Of a stretch of 64,000 bases of DNA, positions 54,542-64,000 are shown in pieces (position 1 is the stretch's first letter; the number at the start of each line of letters is the position of its first letter). The position numbers and the translations under genes were made by a program. The DNA is from Candidatus Cloacimonadales bacterium. Its GTDB lineage: Bacteria; Cloacimonadota; Cloacimonadia; Cloacimonadales; JAFGVF01. The notes under the pieces are model-generated. The model was given only the letters and a program-made list of their open reading frames with translations. It made no database searches and was not told where the DNA came from. Where the stretch lies: NCBI GenBank assembly GCA_963662585.1, contig OY759729.1:2368001-2432000 (forward strand), written 5' to 3'.

Positions 54542-56833
54542 ATGATGTTAGATACTCATGGCGTAGTTAAAATGACTGAAATGAAGTATGGACAAGATCG
54601 CCCTCAGGCATCAAATCCAATCAAGATTCAAGACCTCTCTTTCCGTGATGGTCACCAATCACTTTTCGCAACTAGAGGTAGAACTGAAGATTTACTCACT
54701 ATTGCTGAAAAAATAGATAAAGCAGGTTTTTACTCAATGGAAGTTTGGGGTGGTGCTACTTTTGATGTAATGCACAGATACCTTAATGAAGACCCTTGGG
54801 AAAGAATCAGAACCCTGAAAAAACATATTAAGAATACAAAATTCTCTATGCTCTTAAGAGGACAAAACCTAGTTGGTTACAGAAACTACGCAGATGATGT
54901 AGTGGAAGCATTTGTTCAAAGAGCATGTGATAATGGCATAGATATTTTTAGAGTATTCGATGCTCTTAATGATTTTAGAAACTTTGAAGTAGCTCATAAA
55001 ATAATCAAAAAGAATAATAAACACTTCCAAGGAACAATTTGCTATTCTCTAACTGAAATGAGAATGGGTGGAGATGTTTATAATTTAGATTATTATATTA
55101 ACAAAGCTAAAGAGTTAGATAAAATGGGTGTTGATTCTATCTGCATCAAAGATATGGCTGGATTAGTTTCTCCTTATGATGCTTATAATTTAATAAAGGC
55201 ACTTAAAGAGACTGTTAGTGTACCTATAAATCTTCATACTCACTTTACTTCGGGTATGGGTGATTTAGCTATCTTTAAGGCAATTGAAGCAGGTGTGGAT
55301 ATAATCGATACATGTATGGCTCCTTTTGCTTACAGAACTTCTCATGCCGCAGTAGAGCCTATCGTGGTTTCTCTACTTGGAACAAATAGAGATACTGGAA
55401 TGGATATTAAACTCCTAAGTGAAATCGACAAAGATATCGAAAAGTTTATTCCTAAATATAAACACTTAGCTGATGATACTAAATTCTCAGTTATTGACCC
55501 TGAAGTTATTATTCATCAAACTCCTGGTGGAATGCTGTCAAATTTAGTTAATCAATTAAGACAGATGGATGCTCTTGATAAGATAGATGAAGTCTTCAAA
55601 AAGCTTCCTGAAGTTCGTAAAGACCTCGGGACTGTTCCATTAGTTACTCCTACAAGTCAAATCGTAGGAATTCAGACAGTGAACAATGTTCTTTTTGACG
55701 GTGATGGTGAGAGATATCAAAGATTTACTGAACAAGTAAAAGACCTTTGCTATGGACTTTATGGTCAGACAACTTTGCCTATGAATCCAGAAGTTAGAGC
55801 TAAAGCACTAAAAGGTTATCCACGCGGTGAAAAACCTATTGATGTTCGTCCTGGTGCTATCTTAGAACCAGAATTAGCTGATATTCAAGCTTCTGTAAAA
55901 GGACTTGCTAAAGATCTTGATGATGAATTAATCGTAGCTCTTTATCCTGTTACTGGTAAGAGATTTTTAGAATGGAAGTATGGTTTAAAAGAAGTTCCTG
56001 AAGATGTTAAGCCTAAAACAATGGATCAAGTTAATGCTGAACAAGACTTAGTTAAAAAAGCTCTTTCCGGAGAGTTAACAGCTAAAAAACCTAGCCCAGA
56101 CAAACCTGAAAACTTACGCAAATTTGATGTCTATGTAGATGGTGAATATTTCGAAGTTGAAGTTAATGCTGAAGGTGGAATGAGTGCAGCTCCTGCTGGA
56201 TCTTATGTTCAACCAAGACCTCAAGTGGTCAGACCTGCTGCTCCTCAAGCTCAAGCTACTCCACAAGCAGTTGTCCAAGCTCCAGTTCAAGCTGTAGCTG
56301 GTGGTGAACAGGTAATTAAATCACCAATGCCAGGAATGGTTTCTAACTACAAAGTAGCTGTTGGTGATCATGTTAAAAAAGGCGATACTGTTCTTATTCT
56401 TGAAGCTATGAAGATGGAAAATAATATTCCTTCTCCATGTGATGGTGTGATCAAAAGTATTCCTAAGAGTTCAGGGGATAGTGTTGGTAAAGATGAAATA
56501 CTCATCGTTATCGGACAAGAAGCAGTAGCACCTCAACCTGTAGCTCAAGCCCAGCCACAAACACAAACTCAGGCACAGGCACAGCCACAAGCTCAAGCTA
56601 CTCCTGTAGCAACAGCAAATGGAACTCCTGTTAAAGCTCCAATGCCGGGTATGGTAATGGCTTATAAGGTGAAAGTTGGTGACCAAGTTAATAAAGGTGA
56701 TGTTGTTCTTGTTCTTGAAGCTATGAAAATGGAAAATAATATCCCTTCACCTGTTAGTGGAAAAGTTCTTCAAATTACTAAATCATCAGGCGATTCAGTC
56801 GGTAAAGATGAAGTAATGATTGTGATTGGATAA
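54542..56833 (+). CDS. Pyruvate/oxaloacetate carboxyltransferase (5S-like) fused to two biotinyl domains
   Basis: RDGHQSL, EVWGGATFD, IKDMAG, HTH, VTPTSQIVG; two EAMKMEN biotinylation motifs separated by A/Q/P linkers. Confidence 0.93.
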   Translation: MMLDTHGVVKMTEMKYGQDRPQASNPIKIQDLSFRDGHQSLFATRGRTEDLLTIAEKIDKAGFYSMEVWGGATFDVMHRYLNEDPWERIRTLKKHIKNTKFSMLLRGQNLVGYRNYADDVVEAFVQRACDNGIDIFRVFDALNDFRNFEVAHKIIKKNNKHFQGTICYSLTEMRMGGDVYNLDYYINKAKELDKMGVDSICIKDMAGLVSPYDAYNLIKALKETVSVPINLHTHFTSGMGDLAIFKAIEAGVDIIDTCMAPFAYRTSHAAVEPIVVSLLGTNRDTGMDIKLLSEIDKDIEKFIPKYKHLADDTKFSVIDPEVIIHQTPGGMLSNLVNQLRQMDALDKIDEVFKKLPEVRKDLGTVPLVTPTSQIVGIQTVNNVLFDGDGERYQRFTEQVKDLCYGLYGQTTLPMNPEVRAKALKGYPRGEKPIDVRPGAILEPELADIQASVKGLAKDLDDELIVALYPVTGKRFLEWKYGLKEVPEDVKPKTMDQVNAEQDLVKKALSGELTAKKPSPDKPENLRKFDVYVDGEYFEVEVNAEGGMSAAPAGSYVQPRPQVVRPAAPQAQATPQAVVQAPVQAVAGGEQVIKSPMPGMVSNYKVAVGDHVKKGDTVLILEAMKMENNIPSPCDGVIKSIPKSSGDSVGKDEILIVIGQEAVAPQPVAQAQPQTQTQAQAQPQAQATPVATANGTPVKAPMPGMVMAYKVKVGDQVNKGDVVLVLEAMKMENNIPSPVSGKVLQITKSSGDSVGKDEVMIVIG

Positions 56834-56864
56834 TAAGTAAACTAGTTTAAGTAAGATAATTTAT

Positions 56865-56899
56865 GCCTTGCAGAGGGAAAGCTTTTGCAAGGCTTTTTT
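56865..56899 (+). terminator. Terminator after the carboxyltransferase operon
   Basis: GCCTTGCAGAG...CTTTTGCAAGGC plus T6. Confidence 0.75.
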
Positions 56900-57009
56900 G
56901 GTATTTGGAATTGGCTGTAATAAATGCTACTAATTTGTTACCTCAATTAGGCAATGGCTTCAGAAAAATATTGACAGTCTTAGCTATTAGCAAGTTTTTG
57001 CTAAATTAA

Positions 57010-57172
57010 ACCCAATAATGCAGTAGATCTTTTAGAATAGCACTATATTAATTTGCTAATGCATTTTACATAATTTCTCAGAGTATATATATATTATACG
57101 CTGATAAATTCAGTAAAAGCTTTATCTAAAAGAATCTGCACTCTTCTGTAAAACTCTACTGCACCATTCGGT
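57010..57172. mobile_element. MITE copy (ACCC family)
   Basis: Colinear, high-similarity copy of 16253..16415. Confidence 0.75.
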
Positions 57173-57202
57173 TGAAAGAATATAAAAATATAGGAGAATA
57201 TT

Positions 57203-57598
57203 ATGGATAAATTAAATGATGTAGTTGCAAGTATGAACTTCGCGTTTATGGCATCAGGCACTAATAAGGTTTCAGCTGCAAACTTCTTAAATGAAAAGGA
57301 ATCTCTCTTCGTAGATATCAGGTGTAGGGAAGAGGTAGAGACAATATCGTTAAACTTGAAACATCACATGCAATCAATCAATATTCCTTTTCATGAATTC
57401 CCTACGAGAATTAATGAACTTCCTAAAGACAGAAGAATAGGTCTTTTTTGTTCTGGAGGTGTTCGTATTGCTATGGCTTACTTATATCTTAGAACCGCAG
57501 GATATAATAATGTAGTTATGATCTCAGGTGGACTTGAGGCTATTGTTCCTGAACTTAAACCAGGTAAAGTATTTAATAAAATAAACTTTAGTAAATAA
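57203..57598 (+). CDS. Rhodanese-like domain protein
   Basis: FVDIR..EE, INIP, LPKDR.I.LFCSGGVR, GY.NV...GGL. Confidence 0.85.
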   Translation: MDKLNDVVASMNFAFMASGTNKVSAANFLNEKESLFVDIRCREEVETISLNLKHHMQSINIPFHEFPTRINELPKDRRIGLFCSGGVRIAMAYLYLRTAGYNNVVMISGGLEAIVPELKPGKVFNKINFSK

Positions 57599-57725
57599 AG
57601 ACCATTATCATTTTAGCTGCCATATTTATGTTTATTAATGCCTTTATGAAATAAAGTATGGGGAAGTGAAAGCTTCCCCAATTCTAACTTGTTTATGATA
57701 ATCTATTTCCAACTTTCTAATTTAA

Positions 57726-57865
57726 GTCCAAATAATTTAGCAGATTCTTGAGTATAGCACTATATTCTTTTGCAAAAGTAACTTCTATAATTCTTCCAAA
57801 TTCTGTAAGCTATATTGCTAAAAGAATCTGCTCTCTTCTCTAAAGCTCTACTCCACTGTTGGGGT
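57726..57865. mobile_element. Degenerate MITE copy overlapping the MATE gene 3' end
   Basis: TAGCACTATATTC and CTAAAAGAATCTGC.CTCTTCT.TAAAGCTCTACT...GGGGT match the ACCC family. Confidence 0.65.
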
Positions 57866-59218
57866 TAAAGCTAACACTCTCTCTCTTATATTATAATTTT
57901 TCATTTCATAATAGATCATACTAATAGCTATTAAACAGGCAATTCCGTCAGCAATGGGAGTAGCAAGCCATACACCATCTATTCCTAAATAATGAGGGAG
58001 GATAAATAAGGCTGGTAAGAAAATTACGACTTTTCTTAAAAGATTCAAGGTTATAGCTTGCTTTGCTTTTCCAACAGCCTGATAATACATGGCAGACATC
58101 ATGTGTATTCCTACAAGGGGTAATAGAAAGAGATATATTTTTAATCCATTAGCTCCCATTTTTACTAATTCGGGGTCTCCTTTACTGAACATACCAATTA
58201 AGTTATCTCCTAAGAAAAAGACGATAGTCAGTCCTATTACCGAAATCACTAATGAATAAATATAGGAAGCTTTTAAAAGAGTAATTACTCTATCATGAAG
58301 CTTAGCTCCATAGTTATAACCTATAACAGGTTGAGCTCCCATCATAAGTCCTCTTAGGGGAGTTTCAAACATAACAAAGATGCTCTGAATTGCTCCAAAA
58401 GCACCAATAGCCATGCTTCCACCCGTTGCTAACAAGGCTCTGTTAGAAAAAACTGCAACAAGTGTGGTAGCTAAGTTCATAGAAAAAGGAGATAATCCAA
58501 TTGCTAACATAGGCTTAAAAATATGCCATTTAGGAAGCATATATTTCTTGTAAAGTGTTAAATGTCTGCTTTTTCCTTTGGTGAAGTGATAGATCACCAT
58601 GCCCATTGTTACTAATCTTGATAGTGATGTAGCCATTGCCACACCTTGAACCCCTAGATTGAAGACAAATAAGAAAAGTGGATCAAGTATGATATTCATT
58701 ACAGTACCGATTATGGCAATTTTCATGGCAAGATTTGGATTTCCTTCACTTCTAATTGCCCCATTAGTACCCATAGCTAGAAAGTCAGAAGCCATGAAGG
58801 GTAAAAACCAAATTAAGTAGTTGTAGGCGTAGGGCAGAGTAATATCTGTAGCACCAACTAAATATAAGATAGGTTTTAAGAAGGTAATTCCTAGAGTCGT
58901 AACAACAACTCCGGCTATCATGAAGAGTCCAAATACATTACCAAGAGTTTCTTCAGCTTCAGCTTTTCTACCTTCACCTAATCTAATAGATATAATTGAA
59001 GAAGCGCCATTACTGACTAATACCGCAATGGCTATGGACAAAATGAATACTGGGAAAGTTAGGGTAATACCTGCTAAGGCCTCAGTTCCTAAACCTTTGC
59101 CAATATATATTCTATCTACAATATTATACAAGGCTTGCACTGAAGTAGCAATAACTGCTGGTATGGAATAGTTTAACAATAATTTCCAGGGATTTGTTTT
59201 GGTAAATACTTCTCTCAT
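57848..59218 (-). CDS. MATE efflux transporter (MepA-like)
   Basis: LYNIVDRIYIG, RSEGNP, NIILDPLF, GVAMATS, QPVIGYNYGA; ~12 TM helices. Confidence 0.93.
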   Translation of the reverse strand: MREVFTKTNPWKLLLNYSIPAVIATSVQALYNIVDRIYIGKGLGTEALAGITLTFPVFILSIAIAVLVSNGASSIISIRLGEGRKAEAEETLGNVFGLFMIAGVVVTTLGITFLKPILYLVGATDITLPYAYNYLIWFLPFMASDFLAMGTNGAIRSEGNPNLAMKIAIIGTVMNIILDPLFLFVFNLGVQGVAMATSLSRLVTMGMVIYHFTKGKSRHLTLYKKYMLPKWHIFKPMLAIGLSPFSMNLATTLVAVFSNRALLATGGSMAIGAFGAIQSIFVMFETPLRGLMMGAQPVIGYNYGAKLHDRVITLLKASYIYSLVISVIGLTIVFFLGDNLIGMFSKGDPELVKMGANGLKIYLFLLPLVGIHMMSAMYYQAVGKAKQAITLNLLRKVVIFLPALFILPHYLGIDGVWLATPIADGIACLIAISMIYYEMKNYNIRERVLALTPTVE

Positions 59219-59240
59219 AAAGTTATAATTTCTCTTTTTT

Positions 59241-59798
59241 TTATTTGAATAATATTAAGCTTGTAAGATCTTCAACAGACATTTGAGCTACATCTTTGTC
59301 CCAATGTGCTCTACCTATTAAAGTATGAATAAGTAACTCTGTAAGTTGCATTAGACTATAAGAATCTCTTACAATACCCTTATCAATACCAATTTGAATA
59401 ATTCTAGCGAAAGCTAATCTAAGGGCTTCTCTATTATGAAACATTCTCTCTTTTCTAGCTTTGGTCATAATTTTCGTTCTCCGCCCTAACTCCTGTAATA
59501 CTCTGATTACAGCTTCTCTTTTCTCAAAAAAAACGCTTAACTTCTTAGCTACACAAAAAATAACTTCCTTAATATCGACGCCTTCTGTGTCTATGCTATT
59601 TATCTCTTGGGTAAAAGCTTCTAAACCATGCATAGAAAGCTCATAAAACATTTCATCTTTACTTTTAAAATAAGTGTAGATACTACCTTTGCCAATTTTG
59701 CACTTTTTTGCTATATCTTCTATTGTAACTTCGTGATATCTTTTAGTTTTTATAATATCTTCTAATGCATTAAGAATTAATATCTTCTTGTCTAACAT
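59241..59798 (-). CDS. TetR/AcrR family regulator
   Basis: TIEDIAKKCKIGKGSIYTYFKSKDE; likely ATG 59798 after AGGAG. Confidence 0.92.
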   Translation of the reverse strand: MLDKKILILNALEDIIKTKRYHEVTIEDIAKKCKIGKGSIYTYFKSKDEMFYELSMHGLEAFTQEINSIDTEGVDIKEVIFCVAKKLSVFFEKREAVIRVLQELGRRTKIMTKARKERMFHNREALRLAFARIIQIGIDKGIVRDSYSLMQLTELLIHTLIGRAHWDKDVAQMSVEDLTSLILFK

Positions 59799-59815
59799 AT
59801 CGTAACTCCTATTAT

Positions 59816-59858
59816 AGAACTGACTGGTCAATACTATAATTGCTCATTAACTTGTCAA
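59816..59858 (-). promoter_or_regulatory. tetR-MATE promoter with candidate TetR operator
   Basis: TTGACA-N16-TAGTAT on the minus strand, overlapped by the imperfect palindrome AGAACTGACTGGTCAATACT (59816..59835). Confidence 0.6.
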
Positions 59859-60067
59859 GTATAAATTATTCGCAACTTCTCTTCTTCTTCTTTTTCTTTG
59901 TACTTCCCTTGCTCCTTCTCATTGAACACAAAGATTAATTGAATTTCATCTGTGATGACAGTAGAGGAACAGGTAGGAAGGAGCAAAGAATCATTAAGAA
60001 ATAAAATGAAAAGTGGTTATTTATCGAAGATTGCTTATCTTTTGATAAAAATCTCAATGGAGAAAAC

Positions 60068-60631
60068 ATGAGCACAAAAGTACATGAAACTATATTAAAT
60101 AGAAGATCAACTAGAATTTATGACGAAAGACAACTAAGCGATTCTGAAGTTAAACAGATTATCGAAGCAGGACTCTATGCGCCGAGTGCTCATAATTGCC
60201 AATCATGGCATTTTACAGTAATTCAAAATAGAGATCTAATTGTTAAGTTGAGTCAAGAATCAAAAAATGTTCTCAAAGGACACCCAGATGAAACTTTCCA
60301 GAAAATGGCTAATAACCCTAACTTCAATATTTTCTATAATGCACCAACAGTAGTCTTAGTCTCCGGAGATGAGAAGGGTATGCTAGCTGAAACAAATTGT
60401 GCAGCAGCTACCCAAAATATGTTATTAGCAGCAGAAAGCTTAAATATTGGATCTTGCTGGATTGGATTAGTTGCCTTTGCTTTTGGTGGGGAAAATGGAG
60501 ATACCCTGAAAGAAGATCTAAAAATTCCTAAAGATTTTAAACCTTATTATGCTGTTTCTTTAGGTTATAAGAAAATCCCAAATGGAAAAGCTCCCCAAAG
60601 AAAAGAAAATTGTGTGAATTATATTAGATAA
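60068..60631 (+). CDS. Nitroreductase family protein
   Basis: RRSTRIY, APSAHNCQSWHF, QNMLLAAESLNIGSCWIG. Confidence 0.93.
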   Translation: MSTKVHETILNRRSTRIYDERQLSDSEVKQIIEAGLYAPSAHNCQSWHFTVIQNRDLIVKLSQESKNVLKGHPDETFQKMANNPNFNIFYNAPTVVLVSGDEKGMLAETNCAAATQNMLLAAESLNIGSCWIGLVAFAFGGENGDTLKEDLKIPKDFKPYYAVSLGYKKIPNGKAPQRKENCVNYIR

Positions 60632-60778
60632 ATTCTCATTAAGTAAGAAGGCTACTTTCTAGACAAGATAGCAAGTTGTTTCTTATCAAAATAGTGAAGT
60701 CTTCTTACTTGCTCTTTAGTTTAAACTGAGAGCATTTTCCCCAAAAATCTACTTGTAAGGGACAATTCTTAAATTTAT

Positions 60779-61351
60779 CTATTTTTTTGGTAGTTCAAAG
60801 ACTATTGCTTTATTTGTAATTTCTTCCTCTTCAAATAAAAAATCAGGTATGAAATCAAACAACATCTGCATGGTTATCTCATGAAAGAAGTCCCCGACCT
60901 TCTCAGAAAGGTTAACGAAATCCTCAAATCTCTTTCTAAAAACTTCCACAAGACTATTTTGATGAAGATAACTTAAGCAATCGTATAACATAGAGTGAAT
61001 ACTGGTAAGAATCTTGGAATCATAATCACCCATTTCTACAGAATAATCTGTACCAACCTCTATATAAATAATCATTAAATCTGCAATCAAGATAGGATTA
61101 GGCTTGAATTTTTTAAAATCTGAAATAGCTTTCTTACCATTAATAAGTCTAACTTTATAGCCTTGTTTAGGGTAAAATGCTTCAACTACTTTCTTTACAT
61201 ATATTTTCCAAAGCTTTTCTTCATCTGGTTCTAACCAGTATTCCAAATATTCCTTAACAGGCTTATTCTTTTTATATAGGTCACTTATGAGCATGATTAG
61301 TTCATCTTTTTTCAGTGTTTTAAGCTTAATTTTAACTTCTTTTAATCCCAT
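60779..61351 (-). CDS. Hypothetical helical protein (DUF6155-like)
   Basis: 190-aa ORF with GGAG RBS; N-terminal LKKDELI.LI.DLYKK...VKEYL pattern. Confidence 0.6.
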   Translation of the reverse strand: MGLKEVKIKLKTLKKDELIMLISDLYKKNKPVKEYLEYWLEPDEEKLWKIYVKKVVEAFYPKQGYKVRLINGKKAISDFKKFKPNPILIADLMIIYIEVGTDYSVEMGDYDSKILTSIHSMLYDCLSYLHQNSLVEVFRKRFEDFVNLSEKVGDFFHEITMQMLFDFIPDFLFEEEEITNKAIVFELPKK

Positions 61352-61502
61352 GATATCTCCAGCTAATTTTTAATTATAAGATAATTTTAACACTTGGTGA
61401 GATTATGTAAAGGGAAAAATTAATATTTTAAATGCATAAGAAAGAAGTTATAGTGTTCAAAATGTTAGAAATGAAGTGATATTCTTAAGATTTAACGCTT
61501 GA

Positions 61503-61588
61503 TTATGGACTGCAGGCATCTCTGCCTTCAGAGATTCAAGATTAGACTGAATACACTTTTGTGGAAGTAAAAACGATTCCACTCCATA
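61503..61588. repeat. Inverted pair of TATGGA-type REP-like elements
   Basis: TATGGACTGCAGGCATCTCTGCCTTCA and the reverse-strand TATGGAGTGGAATCGTTTTTACTTCCAC. Confidence 0.6.
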
Positions 61589-61748
61589 AAAAATCCCAGT
61601 CTTTATCTTTATTTTAAAGAAACCAGCACCTAACACTTCCCAAGCACTATTTGATACATACTAATCTTCAGAACCGTGAAAAATAGCATTAGAATTCTTC
61701 ATGTCTGCAGTAGTTTGATCTGTGAAAATACACAGTCCTAAAATAAGA

Positions 61749-61776
61749 AAGCACCTAAGAACATTCTTAGGTGCTT
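61749..61776 (-). terminator. Terminator
   Basis: AAGCACCTAAGAA-ca-TTCTTAGGTGCTT. Confidence 0.75.
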
Positions 61777-61795
61777 AACAATATCTTCTGTTATC

Positions 61796-63988
61796 CTATT
61801 TTAGAACAGTTATTTTTCTCATTTCATTCATATTTTTTGAATTCAATTGTAAGAAATAAATTCCTGTTGCTACTGACTGATTTTGACTGTTATAGCCATT
61901 CCAAGTTAAAGTATGGTTTCCTTTAGTAAAATATTCATTAGCAAGAGTTTTAACTAATTGGCCCTTTAAATTATATATTTCAAGGCTCACATTACCAGGT
62001 TCAATATTAGTAAAGTTTATAGTTGTTCCAAGTGATTTTGCTTCACTTATAAGTAGAGGATTGGGATATATTTCTAGGATAGTTGATATTTCAGGAGTAT
62101 CATTAGATACAGCATCTTCCATTATCACATCAACAAGAGTAAATTCACCTAGAGTTATTGTTACAGAGAGTGTAACTGTTTCATAATTTGGATGTGAAAA
62201 TGCTACTTCATAAGTCCCTGGCATATATTCAATAGAATAGTCCCCATTTGTATCAGGAGATGTAGTAAGTTCTTCAATAGTAATTAGTACATCTGCAGGG
62301 TCATAATCACTGCTACTAAGGGTAACATTACCCGCAAAACCTGAAACTAATTCATTGGTTAATTCTATTGTTAAACTTGTATATTCACCAGCAATAATTG
62401 TAACTTCCTCCTCTAGGGATTCATAATATTCATGTGAGAATATAAGAGTATAAGTTCCAGCTGCATAAGTGAATGAGAAATTTCCATCAGTATCTGGAGC
62501 ATATTCATCATCACCAATTGTTATTGTTACCTCTTCAACATTATATGCTTCGTTACTTAGTGAAACTGTTCCCTCTATACCAGATTCAGGAGTAATAAGG
62601 CCAAGCTGACCATTCCAATTAATGTTTTGTGCCATAATTCGAGTTATTTCAGTAACATTTTCCCAGGCAGAAACTATTTGGTTATTATCATCCATTACTA
62701 TATCTGCATGAACTATACTTCCAGCTGATGATTTCATTAAGACATCTTCATTCCAAAGGCTATTTCCTTCACTATCAAATTTAGTAGAATAAAGATAGCT
62801 TGTATTTCCATTAATGGACCTTTCATATACAGATATTAACTCATTGTCATTAAAAAATAATCCTAGGACACTAGTTGAGCCTGTAAGAAGAGGAAGTATG
62901 TTTTCTCCATCATTTCCCCACTGAAGCTCATCATTTTGAAGTTTTTGTCCGTGAATACCTCTTTCATTTTGATTCAGATCAGTAATAACCCAGTTAATAT
63001 ATAGAGCATCATTTTCACTATCATAGGCTAATTTAGGTTCAAAATGTTGGTATGTATTTTGATTTGAAAGATTAAGACCATTGGTGAAAGATACAGCACC
63101 TTCACTACTTACATGCTGAACGAAAGCCTCATAATCGTTGTCCATATCTCTATCATCATGCCATGCTATGTAAAGTCCATTATTAACATCCTTGGTTATT
63201 GATAAAACTTGAGTCCAACTTGAAATACCACCTGCATTAGACAAAACAGCTGGAGAATCCCATAAAGTCTCACCAGAGCTATTAAATTTTTGAGCATAAA
63301 CATGTCTTGTAGGAGACCATGAAGGACCACTGTCTTGGTAATACTTCAAGATAAAGTTTCCATCTTCAACAGCTACTGCTTGTGGCCAAGAATATGATAT
63401 AACACCTTGGGGATCTTCAAGTGTTACTTCATTATCTCCAGTAAGAAGTGTTCCATCTGGTGACAAACATTGGAATGAAGCACAAGCATCACTCATCCAG
63501 GCAACAACTATATTATTATCAGATAGGACTGTGACCTTTGGTGCAGCATTGAAGCCCTCTTGCGAAAGTTCAATACCATCAGCTCCCCAGAGAAATTCTC
63601 CACTATTAGATATTTTATAAACAAATATATCATTGTTGGTATTTCTAATATCTTGGAAAGCTAAGATAGCGTTATTATCGTTATCCACAGTCATATCCCA
63701 ATCTGTTAACCATGTCATTGATTCATGATTACTTATTTCTAAACCAGTTGTTTCCCAGAGGATATTTCCCTCTGCATCTAAGTGTTGAAGATAAACATCA
63801 TATTGCCCACCGAATGAAACAAAGAAACCAACATAAAATGTACCATCAGGTCCATGCTCAATTTTAGGTATCACTTGTTCTGACTCAAAAGTTGAGATTG
63901 CTGTATTAAAGCTTGCATCATTACTCCAAGCACCAAACAAGTTAAAAACTACAGTTAGAAATGTAAAAATTAATATAATCTTTCTCAT
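61796..63988 (-). CDS. Secreted repeat (beta-propeller-like) protein with two carboxypeptidase-regulatory-like domains and a FlgD/T9SS-like C-terminal domain
   Basis: Signal peptide; repeated 'AW.D.R...D.Y.Q....G...W' blades; GTYTL.FSH..YE repeats; IYPNP...IYNLKGQLVK...TGIYF. Confidence 0.8.
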   Translation of the reverse strand: MRKIILIFTFLTVVFNLFGAWSNDASFNTAISTFESEQVIPKIEHGPDGTFYVGFFVSFGGQYDVYLQHLDAEGNILWETTGLEISNHESMTWLTDWDMTVDNDNNAILAFQDIRNTNNDIFVYKISNSGEFLWGADGIELSQEGFNAAPKVTVLSDNNIVVAWMSDACASFQCLSPDGTLLTGDNEVTLEDPQGVISYSWPQAVAVEDGNFILKYYQDSGPSWSPTRHVYAQKFNSSGETLWDSPAVLSNAGGISSWTQVLSITKDVNNGLYIAWHDDRDMDNDYEAFVQHVSSEGAVSFTNGLNLSNQNTYQHFEPKLAYDSENDALYINWVITDLNQNERGIHGQKLQNDELQWGNDGENILPLLTGSTSVLGLFFNDNELISVYERSINGNTSYLYSTKFDSEGNSLWNEDVLMKSSAGSIVHADIVMDDNNQIVSAWENVTEITRIMAQNINWNGQLGLITPESGIEGTVSLSNEAYNVEEVTITIGDDEYAPDTDGNFSFTYAAGTYTLIFSHEYYESLEEEVTIIAGEYTSLTIELTNELVSGFAGNVTLSSSDYDPADVLITIEELTTSPDTNGDYSIEYMPGTYEVAFSHPNYETVTLSVTITLGEFTLVDVIMEDAVSNDTPEISTILEIYPNPLLISEAKSLGTTINFTNIEPGNVSLEIYNLKGQLVKTLANEYFTKGNHTLTWNGYNSQNQSVATGIYFLQLNSKNMNEMRKITVLK

Positions 63989-64000
63989 AATTACTCCTTA

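Noticed and set aside
56980..57004. Third CIRCE locus upstream of the rhodanese gene
   Set aside because: Arm spacing does not fit 9-9-9; kept only as a 7-4-7 palindrome.

Overview
AT-rich chromosomal segment of an anaerobic bacterium. It is probably Candidatus Cloacimonadota, inferred from secreted proteins with FlgD/T9SS-like C-terminal domains and the gene content; this was not verified by a search. The window is mostly housekeeping: exoA, tsaD, recO/rqcH, queE, etfA, a tRNA-less 16S-23S-5S rRNA operon, hrcA-grpE-dnaK-dnaJ-rsmE, rex and Fe-ADH, pdxK, manA, groES-trxA, rarA, a methylmalonyl-CoA transcarboxylase-like cluster, and tetR-MATE. The most unusual signals are: (1) a ~245-nt ORF-less, highly structured intervening sequence in the 23S rRNA; (2) an integrase-less ~4.9-kb islet bounded by an exact 55-bp duplication of the pdxK 5' end, carrying a MerR-HTH/multi-PAS/GAF hybrid histidine kinase and a protease-less mini-paralog of the upstream YgjP-like gene; (3) a divergent Rex with a candidate non-canonical ATATCGATAT operator; (4) a CIRCE-controlled groES-trxA operon lacking groEL; (5) a 5S carboxyltransferase fused to two biotinyl domains; (6) a dense mosaic of REP-like and MITE families with no transposase in the window, one copy of which supplies a gene's stop codon. 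No CRISPR array, tRNA or intact transposase was seen. All assignments are by eye from motifs; no database searches were run.
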